Shown here: piece by piece, positions 30,522 to 41,524 of the stretch
How the letters are laid out: each line of letters begins with the position of its first letter
Position numbering within the stretch: the first letter of the stretch is position 1
NCBI GenBank assembly: GCA_043825875.1
Contig: JBDRRF010000035.1
Coordinates: 1-64,000, forward strand
DNA length: 64,000 nucleotides
Reading direction: 5' to 3'
Origin: Pseudomonadota bacterium
Lineage (GTDB): Bacteria; Desulfobacterota; Desulfobacteria; Desulfobacterales; RPRI01
The notes under the pieces: model-generated
Databases searched by the model: none
The model's input: the letters and a program-made list of their open reading frames with translations, nothing else
Told to the model about the DNA's origin: nothing
Made by a program: the position numbers and the translations under genes

Positions 30522-31247
30522 ATGGCCGGACTTGCTGTAAATGTAGATCATGTAGCCACACTCAGAAAAGCTAGAGAAAATATAAGTTACCCTGCCCCGG
30601 TTTACGCAGCGGTGCTGGCCGAGCTTGCCGGTGCTGATGGAATTGTAATTCATCTCAGAGAAGACCGGCGTCATATACAGGATAATGACTTAAAAATATT
30701 AAGAAATATAGTTCAGACAAAACTTATACTGGAAATGGCCGCTACTTCTGAAATGATAGAAATAGCTCTTAGCGTAAAACCTGATGTAGTTACATTTGTT
30801 CCGGAAAAACGAAGCGAATTAACAACAGAAGGAGGGCTTAATCTTTTAATTCACGCCAATGCAATTTCAGAATGTGTCGCAACTCTTCAAAATTCCGGAA
30901 TCCCTGTCAGTATTTTTATCGACCCGGAACCCGAACAGGTTAAACTGGCACATAAAATCCATGCTGCTATGGTTGAACTTCATACCGGCACTTTTGTTGA
31001 GGCCAAAACAAAGACAAAAAAAGAAAAAGTGCTTTCCGATATACGCAATTGCGCTATACTGGCAAACAAGCTGAAAATGAAAGTAAATGCAGGACATGGT
31101 TTATGTTATCAAAGTATAAAAGCCTTTAAGGGCATTACTGAAATCAGCGAATTCAGCATCGGCCACAGCATTATAGCAAGAGCCGTTATGGTTGGCATGG
31201 AAAGAGCTGTGAAAGATATGATAGCTCTTATTAAAGATTTAAGATGA
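30522..31247 (+). CDS. pdxJ: Pyridoxine 5'-phosphate synthase
   Basis: VNVDHVATLR, HLREDRRHIQ, VPEKRSELTTEGG, NAGHGL, IGHSII. Confidence 0.97.
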   Translation: MAGLAVNVDHVATLRKARENISYPAPVYAAVLAELAGADGIVIHLREDRRHIQDNDLKILRNIVQTKLILEMAATSEMIEIALSVKPDVVTFVPEKRSELTTEGGLNLLIHANAISECVATLQNSGIPVSIFIDPEPEQVKLAHKIHAAMVELHTGTFVEAKTKTKKEKVLSDIRNCAILANKLKMKVNAGHGLCYQSIKAFKGITEISEFSIGHSIIARAVMVGMERAVKDMIALIKDLR

Positions 31248-31272
31248 CAAATTGTAAACATTACAAAAAATT

Positions 31273-31986
31273 ATGAAAGAATATACAATACATCCGTGTG
31301 CGGTGGGTATAAATGAAACAGACCAGGGAATTATGACCTACCTGCGTGACTATGGGAAAAGAATACTTCTTCCCGTTTATATGTTTTATATTAAAGGTGG
31401 AGATAAAAATATCATAGTCGATACTGGCCTGGAACAGTTTGTCGTTTCAGAAGAAACCGAAAAAAAATGCGGATTCAAAGTACTAGAGTTTGAATCCGCT
31501 CTTGATTCTTTTAATCTTACACCTGAAGAGATTGATATAATAATTCATACCCATCTTCATAATGATCATTGTGAAAATGATTATAAATGTAAAAATGCCG
31601 TTGTATATGTGCAAAAAGCCGAACTGGACTTTTTCAAAAACCCTCATCCGATAGATCACAGATATTATCCTGATGTTCTCGATGATGTTAATGTCGTTGA
31701 AATAGAAGGCGATGTTAAAATAGAAGACGGAATAGAAGTAATTTTTTCACCGGGTCATACGGTCGGAGGTCAGTCCGTTTCAATAAACACTTCAAAAGGC
31801 AAAGCCGTTATCACTGGTTTTTGCTGCAATGAAAAAAATTTTCCTGAAATAGGGCCTGCAATATGTCCCGGTGTTCACATTGATGTTATTAAAGCCTACG
31901 AGTCTGCGCAGAAAATAAAAAATCTGGCTGATATTTTAATACCGCTTCATGATATTTCTATAGGAAGACAAAAACAGATTCCTTGA
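31273..31986 (+). CDS. Metallo-beta-lactamase fold hydrolase, AHL-lactonase-like family
   Basis: IVDTG, HTHLHNDH, PGHTVGGQS, IPLHD. Confidence 0.85.
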   Translation: MKEYTIHPCAVGINETDQGIMTYLRDYGKRILLPVYMFYIKGGDKNIIVDTGLEQFVVSEETEKKCGFKVLEFESALDSFNLTPEEIDIIIHTHLHNDHCENDYKCKNAVVYVQKAELDFFKNPHPIDHRYYPDVLDDVNVVEIEGDVKIEDGIEVIFSPGHTVGGQSVSINTSKGKAVITGFCCNEKNFPEIGPAICPGVHIDVIKAYESAQKIKNLADILIPLHDISIGRQKQIP

Positions 31987-32162
31987 AAATATATATGAAA
32001 GATATTTATCCAACTCTTAAATTTTGCTATATATTTTACACCTTGTAAAAAATATCGACAAAGACCGGCGTTTTTTTATTACTACATATTAATCGCTTGG
32101 TATATCATATTGATTAAATTGCATTTCAAGTTGTTATATTCTGCTAATCATGTCTTTTCCAG

Positions 32163-32178
32163 TGGCATATCATTTGCT
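32163..32178 (+). promoter_or_regulatory. Sigma-54 (-24/-12) promoter
   Basis: TGGCATATCATTTGCT = GG-N10-GC, ~50 nt upstream of the usp start. Confidence 0.7.
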
Positions 32179-32226
32179 TAAACATAATTATAGCGCGTAA
32201 TTTATTAATAGTAAGGAGGGTTAGAT

Positions 32227-32691
32227 ATGGAATTTAAAAAAATTTTATTCCCCATTGATTTTTCAGAAGCATCTCCAAAAATTGTTCCTTATGTAACAGA
32301 AATGGCAGATAAATTTAATTCGGAAATTCACGTTTTGTTTGTTGCACGTGCTTTTCAATATTTTACCACCATATATGTGCCACATCCTTCCGTTGATCTT
32401 TTTGAAAGTGCTATTGTTGACGGAGGCAGAAAAAGTATTGAGGAATTTACAGAAAAATATTTCAAAGAGCCTGAAAAAATTATAATTTCTATTGTAAATG
32501 GTGATGCAGCGGAAGAAATCATTAATTACATAAATGAAAAAGATATAGACCTTCTCATAATGGGCACTCATGGAAGAAAGGGTATCGATAAGTTAATTTT
32601 TGGGTCTGTTGCCGAAAAAGTGACGAAAGCCACACCCATTCCGATGATGTTGATAAAACCATATAAAACAAAAAAAATTATAGATGCATAA
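32227..32691 (+). CDS. Universal stress protein
   Basis: FKKILFPIDFSEAS, IMGTHGRKG..FGSVAEKV. Confidence 0.93.
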   Translation: MEFKKILFPIDFSEASPKIVPYVTEMADKFNSEIHVLFVARAFQYFTTIYVPHPSVDLFESAIVDGGRKSIEEFTEKYFKEPEKIIISIVNGDAAEEIINYINEKDIDLLIMGTHGRKGIDKLIFGSVAEKVTKATPIPMMLIKPYKTKKIIDA

Positions 32692-32709
32692 AACAGGGAG
32701 TTAATCTTT

Positions 32710-35403
32710 ATGGGTGTTGATAATCTGGATAAGATATTTCAACCAAAATCAATAGCAGTAATAGGTGCAAGTGAAAATAAAGAAAGTGTAGGTTTTGCCA
32801 TCATGCGAAATTTGATTAACGGGAAATTCTCCGGAAACATATATCCCGTTAATCCTTTAAACAAAACACTTTGGAATCTTAAAGCCTATGCATCTGTAAC
32901 CGAAATTGATTCTATGGTAGATCTTGCGATTATTGCCATTCCAATTGCATCTGCTCCAAAAATAGTAAATGAGTGCGCAAAATCCGGTATAGGCGGTGCT
33001 ATAATTATTTCGGCGGGAGGCAAAGAAACCGGCCAAAAGGGAAAAGAGATCGAAATTGCCATAAAAAAAGAATCTGAAGCTTCAGGTATTCGCGTAATAG
33101 GCCCTAATTGTCTTGGGGTAGTATGTACAAAATCAAATCTGAATGCCAGTTTTGCTGGTCAGATGCCTATAATGGGAAAAATGGCATTCATATCCCAAAG
33201 CGGGGCAATATGTTCGGCTATTATGGATCTATCAATAAAGGAGCAAATCGGTTTTAGTTATTTTGTCAGCGTTGGTTCGATGCTCGATGTCGATTTCGGA
33301 GATATGATAGATTTTATCGGCCAGGACCCTAATGTGGGCAGCATAGTTATGTATGTGGAAAATCTGACAAATATCAGATATTTCATGAGTGCTGCAAGGG
33401 CTGTTTCAAGGATTAAGCCAATTATTGCTTTAAAGTCGGGACGGACAAGAGCAGGAGCTGCTGCTGCTGCTTCTCATACCGGAGCACTTGCCGGAGAAGA
33501 TGATATTTATGATGCTGCATTCAAACGCGCAGGAATAGTGCGTGTTAAAACTTTTGAAGAACTGTTTGACTGTGCGGAGCTTCTTGCAAAAAAGCCACAT
33601 TCATCAGGCCCTGGACTTGCAATAATTACCAATGCCGGAGGGCTGGGAGTTATGGCAGTTGATGCCCTTTCCGATTATAATATAGAACCCGTATCTCTGT
33701 CAGCGAAAACCATACAAAAACTCGATGAAGTACTTCCGGATTACTGGAGCCATTCAAATCCGATTGATTTAATCGGAGATGCCGACCATGAGCGATACTT
33801 AGAAGCCGTTAAAATCTGTATTGAGGCTCCCGAAATAAACGGCCTGTTGGTAATTCTCGTTCCGCAGGGTTTGAATGACCCCGAAAATATTGCAAAAATT
33901 CTTGCGGATTATCTTAAGGATAATCAATTTCCGGTTTTTACCTCATGGCTTGGCGGTTCGGGTGTTGAAAAAGGCCGGCAGATTTTAAATGATGCCCGTA
34001 TCCCAACTTTTGATACTCCTGAACGTGCGGTAAGGGCTTTCATGGATCTTTACAAGCATTCTAAAAATATAGAACTGCTTCAGGAAACCCCCGCAAGACT
34101 ACCCGGAAAGCTTAAGTTCGACCGTGAAAGTGCGTCCTTGATTATAGAAAACGGGATTGAAAACGGACATTTTCTTCTTAACGAGGTTGAAGCAAAATCT
34201 TTGCTTCTTTCTTACGGCATTCCAATTAATCAAACCGAATTAGTCTGCTCTGCCAAAGAAGCTGCACAAAAAGCCAAAGAAATAGGCTTCCCGGTTGCCA
34301 TGAAGATTTGTTCAAGAGATGTCGTGCATAAAACCTCCGTAGATGGAATCCGGCTTGGTTTAAACAGCATTTCAGATGTCGAAAAAGCCTACGAAAGTAT
34401 ATTAGCCTCTTGTCTTTCATGTAAGCCTGAAGCAAAAATAGACGGGGTTACAATTCAGCCTATGCTCAAACGGCCGGATTTTGAGATTATACTTGGAATA
34501 AAAAAAGACAGAGATTTCGGTCCGGTAATTCTTTTTGGAATGGGTGGAGTAATGACTGAAGTATTAAAAGACAGGGCTATAGCGTTCCCGCCTCTTACCC
34601 GTCTTCTTGCAAGAAGACTTATGGAAGAGACCAAGATCTACAGGATTTTAAAAGGTCAAGCACGTAATGCTACGACAGACTTATATCTTATTGAAGAGAT
34701 CCTTATACGCCTTGCCCAGCTTGCGGCAGATTTTCCGGAAATAGAAGAACTGGATTTAAATCCACTTATTTTCACAGAAAACTCAGTATGTGCCATTGAT
34801 GCGCGGGTACTTATAAAACGGTCTGAAACTAAAGCACCTTTGCATCTTATCATAAGTCCATATCCCAATCAGCATGAAAGTCATATTTCTGTCGGTGACA
34901 ATATCAATTTATTTGTAAGACCTATCAGACCGGAAGATGCTTCTCTTATAGAAGATCTTTTCAAAACTCTTTCTCCGCAAACTATCTACTTCAGGTTTTT
35001 TGCGCCCATGAAATATATCTCTCCCACTATGCTGGCACGATTTACTCAGATCGACTACGACAGGGAAATTGCTCTGGTTGCCATTCTTGAATCAGAAACC
35101 GATGAAAAAATTGTTGGTGTTGCGCGTGTCATTAGTCAACGAAACCCCAAACATGCTGAATTTGCAGTTCTTGTAGCCGATAATTGGCACGGAAAAGGGA
35201 TCGGGGCCACTCTTTTAAGGCGCTGTCTTAATATTGCAAAAGATCATGGCATTGAAAAGGTATGGGGAACCGTTCTTGCTGAAAATACGCAGATGCTGGC
35301 TATGGGAAAAAAAATGGGCTTTAAGGTTGAGAGAGTTCCTGATGAAAATGAATATCAATTGATAATTGATCTTACAAAGCCATATGATGGTATGAATAAA
35401 TAA
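32710..35403 (+). CDS. NDP-forming acyl-CoA synthetase-like domains fused to C-terminal GNAT (Pat/PatZ-type protein lysine acetyltransferase)
   Basis: AVIGAS, GPNCLG, SQSGA, ASHTGALAG, ATP-grasp FGPVILFGMGG/ELDLNP, then RPIRPED..IDYDREIALVA..HGKGIG. Confidence 0.9.
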   Translation: MGVDNLDKIFQPKSIAVIGASENKESVGFAIMRNLINGKFSGNIYPVNPLNKTLWNLKAYASVTEIDSMVDLAIIAIPIASAPKIVNECAKSGIGGAIIISAGGKETGQKGKEIEIAIKKESEASGIRVIGPNCLGVVCTKSNLNASFAGQMPIMGKMAFISQSGAICSAIMDLSIKEQIGFSYFVSVGSMLDVDFGDMIDFIGQDPNVGSIVMYVENLTNIRYFMSAARAVSRIKPIIALKSGRTRAGAAAAASHTGALAGEDDIYDAAFKRAGIVRVKTFEELFDCAELLAKKPHSSGPGLAIITNAGGLGVMAVDALSDYNIEPVSLSAKTIQKLDEVLPDYWSHSNPIDLIGDADHERYLEAVKICIEAPEINGLLVILVPQGLNDPENIAKILADYLKDNQFPVFTSWLGGSGVEKGRQILNDARIPTFDTPERAVRAFMDLYKHSKNIELLQETPARLPGKLKFDRESASLIIENGIENGHFLLNEVEAKSLLLSYGIPINQTELVCSAKEAAQKAKEIGFPVAMKICSRDVVHKTSVDGIRLGLNSISDVEKAYESILASCLSCKPEAKIDGVTIQPMLKRPDFEIILGIKKDRDFGPVILFGMGGVMTEVLKDRAIAFPPLTRLLARRLMEETKIYRILKGQARNATTDLYLIEEILIRLAQLAADFPEIEELDLNPLIFTENSVCAIDARVLIKRSETKAPLHLIISPYPNQHESHISVGDNINLFVRPIRPEDASLIEDLFKTLSPQTIYFRFFAPMKYISPTMLARFTQIDYDREIALVAILESETDEKIVGVARVISQRNPKHAEFAVLVADNWHGKGIGATLLRRCLNIAKDHGIEKVWGTVLAENTQMLAMGKKMGFKVERVPDENEYQLIIDLTKPYDGMNK

Positions 35404-35426
35404 TTAAATAGGGGAGGGGAGATACT

Positions 35427-36368
35427 ATGAAAAATATAATCAAAGTACTTATTCCTGTTGATGGTTCCAAACAATCTCTTGCTGCAGTACGCTATGTTGG
35501 AAGTATTCTTAAACCCAAAAATATAAAAGTGGTTTTTTTTTATGTTGATTCGGAATTACCTGAATCTTTCTGGGATTTGGGAAAAAATCCTGATTTCCGT
35601 TCAAAATTAGCGCCTGTAAAAGCATGGGCAGCACAGCGGAAACAACTCGTCAATGATGCAATGAATAAAGCCGTTAAAATTCTTATAAATGCCGGATTCC
35701 CAGCTGAAGCTTTATCAACAAAGATCCAGGGAAGAAAGATCGGAATAGCCAGAGACATCTTGCAGGAGGCTAACAGCAAAGACTATAAAGCAATTATAGT
35801 CGGGCGTACCGGAATGAGCAATGCTAAGGAAATTGTATTGGGAAGTGTGACAAACAAACTGATCGGGAATCTGGTTAATATGCCGCTTGTGGTTATTGGA
35901 GGCAAACCCAATACAAAAAAATTTCTTATAGCATTTGACGGATCAAAAGGCTCTATGAAATGTGTTGCAACTGTGGGCGCAATGCTCAATAACACTGATT
36001 CCGAGATAATGATATGCCATGTAATAAGATCTCTTGGCATTGAACAGCAAGGTTTAAGTGAAATTCCCATGGCAAAGATAGAAAAAGACTGGAATGAAGC
36101 AAACATAAATAAAATTAAACCGGCTATGGAAGAAGCCAAGAAAAAGCTTATTTCCGCAGGTATTGATCCATCAAGAATATCGAAAAAAATTCTTACAGAT
36201 AAAGCAAGCAGGGCCGTAAGTATTATAGCAGAAGCAAAAGAGGGAGGTTATGGAACTATCGTGCTTGGAAGGCGCGGGCTTTCTGCAACTCAAGAGTATT
36301 TTATTGGAAGAGTAAGCAGAAAGATTTTACATATGGCGAAAAAGTATGCTGTCTGGGTGGTAAATTAG
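35427..36368 (+). CDS. Tandem-domain universal stress protein
   Basis: Two units: IPVDGS..VGRTGMS..LGSVT and IAFDGS..LGRRGLS..IGRVS. Confidence 0.9.
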   Translation: MKNIIKVLIPVDGSKQSLAAVRYVGSILKPKNIKVVFFYVDSELPESFWDLGKNPDFRSKLAPVKAWAAQRKQLVNDAMNKAVKILINAGFPAEALSTKIQGRKIGIARDILQEANSKDYKAIIVGRTGMSNAKEIVLGSVTNKLIGNLVNMPLVVIGGKPNTKKFLIAFDGSKGSMKCVATVGAMLNNTDSEIMICHVIRSLGIEQQGLSEIPMAKIEKDWNEANINKIKPAMEEAKKKLISAGIDPSRISKKILTDKASRAVSIIAEAKEGGYGTIVLGRRGLSATQEYFIGRVSRKILHMAKKYAVWVVN

Positions 36369-36441
36369 AGTATAATACTTATATATCATTTATTTAATAC
36401 AGTTTCTTGACAAAAAATGCATCAGGATATAAAAATGTAAT

Positions 36442-36909
36442 ATGAATTTTAAAGAAAAGATGGTCTTATTCCTTGCAACCGGTTTTTATGTTGGGAATAT
36501 TCCAAAAGCTCCCGGTACATTCGGCACTATCGAGGGGCTTTTATTTTGCTTTTTTTTATCCAAAATGGCATTGTTTTATGTCATAATCTTTGTAGCCTTT
36601 TTCATTTTATTTTCAATCCGGATTTCAGATAGAGCCGAAAGGATATTGCAGGAAAAGGATTCCGGTAGTATTGTAATTGACGAAATAGCAGGAATTATGG
36701 TAACCCTTATCGGAATACCATTTAATTTCATTACTGTAATTTCAGGTTTTTTTGTTTTTAGGTTGTTAGATATCATAAAACCGTTTCCAATTTGCTCAGT
36801 TGAAAAAAGGCTTTCAGGGGGGTTTGGAATAGTAATGGATGATGTTGTAGCCGGGATAATTGGCAACTGTATTTTACGGGTAATATTTTATTCAACCGGT
36901 TTGATTTAA
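36442..36909 (+). CDS. pgpA: Phosphatidylglycerophosphatase A
   Basis: KAPGTFGT, DSGSIVIDEIAG, FRLLDIIKPFPI, GIVMDDVVAG. Confidence 0.95.
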   Translation: MNFKEKMVLFLATGFYVGNIPKAPGTFGTIEGLLFCFFLSKMALFYVIIFVAFFILFSIRISDRAERILQEKDSGSIVIDEIAGIMVTLIGIPFNFITVISGFFVFRLLDIIKPFPICSVEKRLSGGFGIVMDDVVAGIIGNCILRVIFYSTGLI

Positions 36910-36950
36910 CCTAAAAGAACTTAACAAACAGAAAAGGTGTCTAATATAAA

Positions 36951-37613
36951 TTGAAATCAAAGAATATTAAGACTGTAAGCAAAGACGAAGCTATAAAGAA
37001 AGAGACAAAAAAAAAGGGCGCTCTTAGGGAAAATATAGAGGCGATTATTATAGCCATAGTTCTTGCCATGTTTATAAGGACATTTGTTGTACAGGCTTTT
37101 AAGATTCCTTCGGGATCTATGAAAGAAACGCTTCAGATAGGAGACCATATTCTCGTAAATAAATTCATATTCGGAGTTAAAATTCCTTTTTTAAGAACGA
37201 CTCTGATAGATGTAAAAAAGCCTAAAAGATTTGATATTGTTGTCTTCAAGTTTCCCGAAGATCCCAGTAAAGATTTTATTAAAAGAGTTATTGGACTTGA
37301 GGGGGATATCGTGGAGATACGCAATAAAAAGGTCTATATAAATAATGAGCCTATCAAAGATACTTATGGTCAGTTTACCGATCCTTCTTTTTTCCCTACA
37401 GGTGATAAGCCGAAAGACAATTTCGGGCCTGTTAAAGTGCCTCCTCATTCAATATTTGTCATGGGAGACAACAGGGATCACAGTTATGACAGCAGATGGT
37501 GGGGTTTTGTTGACCTGAAGGCTTTAGAGGGCAAGGCGATGATTATATACTGGTCTTGGGATGGGGACAATTTCGGAGTCAGGTGGAACAGGCTTGGAAA
37601 AATATTAAGATAA
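36951..37613 (+). CDS. lepB: Signal peptidase I
   Basis: IPSGSM, GDHILVNK, FIKRVIG, MGDNRDHSYDSR. Confidence 0.96.
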   Translation: MKSKNIKTVSKDEAIKKETKKKGALRENIEAIIIAIVLAMFIRTFVVQAFKIPSGSMKETLQIGDHILVNKFIFGVKIPFLRTTLIDVKKPKRFDIVVFKFPEDPSKDFIKRVIGLEGDIVEIRNKKVYINNEPIKDTYGQFTDPSFFPTGDKPKDNFGPVKVPPHSIFVMGDNRDHSYDSRWWGFVDLKALEGKAMIIYWSWDGDNFGVRWNRLGKILR

Positions 37614-37625
37614 GGCAGGTGCAAT

Positions 37626-38564
37626 ATGCAGTTTGAAAGGAAACACATTCTTGATATGGAATCCCTTTCAGCAGAAGAAATTACTTTTATTATTGACACC
37701 GCTGACCGGCTAAAAGAAATTTCAAGAAGACCGGTAAAAAAAGTACCGACATTAAGAGGCAAAACTGTGGTACTTTTTTTTTATGAAGCAAGCACCCGTA
37801 CCCGTTCTTCTTTCGAACTGGCTGCGAAACGTTTGAGCGCTGACAGTATTTCCATATCAAAATCTTCCAGCAGTATTGTTAAAGGAGAAACTTTAATAGA
37901 TACTGCTAAAAATCTTGAAGCTATGAACCCGGATGTAATTATTATCAGGCACTCTTCGGCAGGAGCACCACATATGCTTGCAAAAGTGCTAAAAACATCA
38001 ATAATCAATGCCGGTGATGGAATGCATGCTCATCCCAGCCAGGCGCTTTTGGATATAATGACGGTAAGAGAAAAGAAAGGCTTTATAAAGGGCCTGCAAA
38101 TTGCAATAATTGGAGATATATCTCACAGCAGAGTTGCTAGATCAGACATTACAGGCTTTACTAAAATGGGGGCCAATGTAGTTGTTGCCGGCCCTTTAAC
38201 AATGATTCCAAAAGGTATAGAAAGTCTTGGCGCTCATGTTGCAGAAAGTTCAGATGTTGCCGTAAAAAACGCAGATGTAATAATTATGTTAAGGATACAG
38301 AAAGAAAGGCAGAACAGTTTTTTATATCCTTCCGATCGTGAATATTCCAAAGTTTTTGGCCTTAACCGGCAAAGGATCAAAAAAGCAAAAAAAGACGTTC
38401 TGATTATGCATCCCGGCCCTATAAACAGAGGGGTTGAAATCTCATCCGAATTGGCAGACGGACCTTATTCAATTATTCTTGATCAGGTGACAAATGGTGT
38501 TTCATTACGTATGGCTCTTTTGTATCTAACCACCGGAGGTATTCGAAATGTTGACTCTGATTAA
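37626..38564 (+). CDS. pyrB: Aspartate carbamoyltransferase catalytic subunit
   Basis: [40 protein letters not shown]. Confidence 0.97.
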   Translation: MQFERKHILDMESLSAEEITFIIDTADRLKEISRRPVKKVPTLRGKTVVLFFYEASTRTRSSFELAAKRLSADSISISKSSSSIVKGETLIDTAKNLEAMNPDVIIIRHSSAGAPHMLAKVLKTSIINAGDGMHAHPSQALLDIMTVREKKGFIKGLQIAIIGDISHSRVARSDITGFTKMGANVVVAGPLTMIPKGIESLGAHVAESSDVAVKNADVIIMLRIQKERQNSFLYPSDREYSKVFGLNRQRIKKAKKDVLIMHPGPINRGVEISSELADGPYSIILDQVTNGVSLRMALLYLTTGGIRNVDSD

Positions 38565-39855
38565 GGGTGGAAGGGTTATAGACCCAGGGAACATCGACGG
38601 GGTTATGGATATCCTTATAAAAAACGACAGGATAATCGATATAACGCCTTTGGAGAAATCTGAAAGCAATACTTCTGAATTATTAAAAAAATATACTGCT
38701 ATCAGAATAATTGATGCTTCCGGCAAAATAGTTGTTCCGGGATTAATTGACATGCATGTTCATTTAAGGGAACCCGGGCAGGAATATAAAGAAACAATTG
38801 AATCAGGGACACTTGCAGCTGCTTCAGGTGGTTTTACAAGCGTTTGCGCAATGCCAAATACCATTCCTGTAAATGATAACAGTCAAGTTACCAGATATAT
38901 TTTAAACAGGGCCAAAGATGTCGGAAAAGTAAATGTATATCCTGTTGCAGCAATAAGTGTTGGCCTTAATGGAAACAGGCTTTGTGAATATGGCGATTTA
39001 AAAGAAGCCGGAGCTGTAGCAATTTCTGATGACGGACATCCGGTATCAAACAGCCGCCTAATGAGAAGAGCAATGGAATATGCTAAGGGGTTCGGGTTAC
39101 CAGTGATTTCGCATTGCGAAGTAAGTGAACTTTCATCGGGCGGATCAATGAATGAGGGTTTTGTCGCCACTAGAATGGGTTTGGCAGGAATACCGAATGA
39201 AGCTGAAAGCATAATGGTTGCAAGAGATATTGCTTTATGCGAACTTACAGGCGCACATCTTCACATAGCGCATGTAAGTACTTTCCAATCCCTTAGGGCT
39301 ATAAGAGATGCCAAAAAAAGAGGCCTTCCGGTTACCGCTGAAACTGCCCCGCATTATTTTACCCTAACAGAAGAAGCCGTTTATGGATATAATACCAATG
39401 CAAAGATGAACCCGCCTCTGCGATCCGAAACTGACAGAAATGCAATCAGAGAAGGGCTTGCTGATGGAACAATTGATGTTATCGCAACCGACCATGCCCC
39501 GCATTCCAGCCTTGAAAAAGATGTTGAATTTGATTTGGCTGCAAACGGAATTGTAGGTCTTGAAACATCTGTTTCGCTCGGCTTAAAGCTTGTTGAGGAA
39601 GGCATTATCAGTCTTTCCGTACTGATAGAAAAAATGTCTTCTAATCCGGCACGCATCTTAGGTTTTGACAAGAGTCTAAAAAAAGGAAACATTGCAGACA
39701 TTACAGTTATTGATACTAATATGCCATACACTGTTGATTCGGATTTATTTTGTTCTCTTGGCCGTAATACCCCGTTTAATGGATGGGAAATCAAAGGAAG
39801 AACAAATCTTACAATGGTAGCCGGAAAAATTGTATATGAAAATATAATTTCTTGA
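38548..39855 (+). CDS. pyrC: Dihydroorotase
   Basis: [34 protein letters not shown]. Confidence 0.96.
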   Translation: MLTLIKGGRVIDPGNIDGVMDILIKNDRIIDITPLEKSESNTSELLKKYTAIRIIDASGKIVVPGLIDMHVHLREPGQEYKETIESGTLAAASGGFTSVCAMPNTIPVNDNSQVTRYILNRAKDVGKVNVYPVAAISVGLNGNRLCEYGDLKEAGAVAISDDGHPVSNSRLMRRAMEYAKGFGLPVISHCEVSELSSGGSMNEGFVATRMGLAGIPNEAESIMVARDIALCELTGAHLHIAHVSTFQSLRAIRDAKKRGLPVTAETAPHYFTLTEEAVYGYNTNAKMNPPLRSETDRNAIREGLADGTIDVIATDHAPHSSLEKDVEFDLAANGIVGLETSVSLGLKLVEEGIISLSVLIEKMSSNPARILGFDKSLKKGNIADITVIDTNMPYTVDSDLFCSLGRNTPFNGWEIKGRTNLTMVAGKIVYENIIS

Positions 39856-39862
39856 ACTTACT

Positions 39863-41275
39863 ATGCTTATGAATAAAAAAAACTTTAATATACTTGTTGT
39901 TGATGATGAAGAAAGCATGAGAGAATTGCTGGATGTAATTTTGTCAAGGGAGGGATACAATATTACATCAGCAGGAAGTGGGGGCAAGGCAATCTCCTGG
40001 CTTGGAAAAAAAGATTTTGATCTTCTCCTTTGCGATATCAGGCTGGGGGATATGACAGGAATTGATGTCCTCAAGGCAGCAAAGATGAAAGATCCTAATT
40101 CTGTTGTTATCATGATTTCTGCCTATGCTTCTGCTGAAACAGCGATTGAAGCCATGAACAGCGGGGCATATGACTATGTTCCTAAACCTTTCAACAATGA
40201 GGAGCTTAAACTTACCATTGCTAACGCTCTTGAATTAAAGACCATAGAGCAGGAAAAGAAATATATTGATAATGAACTTAAAAAACAGCTTCATTTCGGG
40301 AAAATAATAGGAAACAGTCCCGCCATGATGCATGTTTACAATCTTATAAAGCAGGTTGGAAAAACTAAAACCAGCGTACTTATCACAGGCGAAAGCGGAA
40401 CCGGCAAGGAACTTATAGCAAAGGCCATCCGTGATGAAAGCAATCGCCGTGACAAGCCTTTTGTTGTGATAAACTGTGCCGGTATTCCTGAAACATTAAT
40501 GGAGAGCGAGCTTTTCGGGCATAAGAAAGGGGCTTTCACGGGAGCGGCATATGATAAGAAAGGGCTTTTTGAGCTTGCCGATAAAGGGACCGTTTTTTTA
40601 GATGAGATAGGTGAGCTTAGCATACATCTCCAGGTAAAACTTCTAAGGGTTGTCCAGGAAAGAGTATTTAAACCTGTTGGAGGTATTGAAGATGTTGCAG
40701 TTGATATAAGGATAATATCTGCAACGAATAAAGATCTTACAAGCGAAGTAATAGAAGAGCGTTTCAGGGAAGATCTTTTCTACAGATTAAATGTTATAGA
40801 GATAAAATTGCCTCCTTTAAGAGAGAGAAAAAGCGATATTCGTGCTCTTGCCCAGCATTTTCTTGAAAAGTATTCCAATGAAATGGGAAAGGAGGTTACG
40901 AAATTATCTTCTTATGCTATAGATCTTTTAAATAAATATGAATTTCCCGGAAATATCCGGGAGCTTGAGAATTTAATGGAAAGAAGTGTAGCCATTAGTG
41001 ATACAAATATTCTTCTTCCTGAAAGTCTTTCTATTTCTATGCATAAGAGAAGACGCTTTGTTGAAGGAGTTAAAGGGCGAAGATTTGATTTAAACGATGT
41101 TGAAAACGGTGTTGCTCTTGATGTAATACTTGAAGATCTTGAAAAAGCTTATGTAAAGAAGGCATTGGAATGTTCAGGCGGTGATAAGATAAAATCTGCT
41201 GAATTACTAGGGATAAACATAAGATCAATGAGATATCGTCTTGAAAAACACCACCTAGACAGTAAAGGTGAATAA
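39863..41275 (+). CDS. Sigma-54-dependent response regulator (NtrC/PilR-like)
   Basis: Receiver domain (VVDDE, LCDIR, KPF), GESGTGKE, GAFTGA, FREDLFYRLNV, C-terminal HTH. Confidence 0.93.
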   Translation: MLMNKKNFNILVVDDEESMRELLDVILSREGYNITSAGSGGKAISWLGKKDFDLLLCDIRLGDMTGIDVLKAAKMKDPNSVVIMISAYASAETAIEAMNSGAYDYVPKPFNNEELKLTIANALELKTIEQEKKYIDNELKKQLHFGKIIGNSPAMMHVYNLIKQVGKTKTSVLITGESGTGKELIAKAIRDESNRRDKPFVVINCAGIPETLMESELFGHKKGAFTGAAYDKKGLFELADKGTVFLDEIGELSIHLQVKLLRVVQERVFKPVGGIEDVAVDIRIISATNKDLTSEVIEERFREDLFYRLNVIEIKLPPLRERKSDIRALAQHFLEKYSNEMGKEVTKLSSYAIDLLNKYEFPGNIRELENLMERSVAISDTNILLPESLSISMHKRRRFVEGVKGRRFDLNDVENGVALDVILEDLEKAYVKKALECSGGDKIKSAELLGINIRSMRYRLEKHHLDSKGE

Positions 41276-41524
41276 GGTCTTTTGATATGGCTGATGCCGG
41301 TTAAGCATGTATTTTTCGTTAATTGATTTACAGGCAGACATCAGAATAACTGTAATTGAGGCTAATCTAATAATAAATAGAATGTTAAGCTTTGTCATAA
41401 TTCCACGTATAGAATCTGATTCTGATCCAAAATGTTGACACCTATCTTCCTATCCTCAATAAAAAACAATATCAGCAATCTAATCCCGGTTACCATTGCT
41501 TCTCGATAATCATAGACGTGGCAA

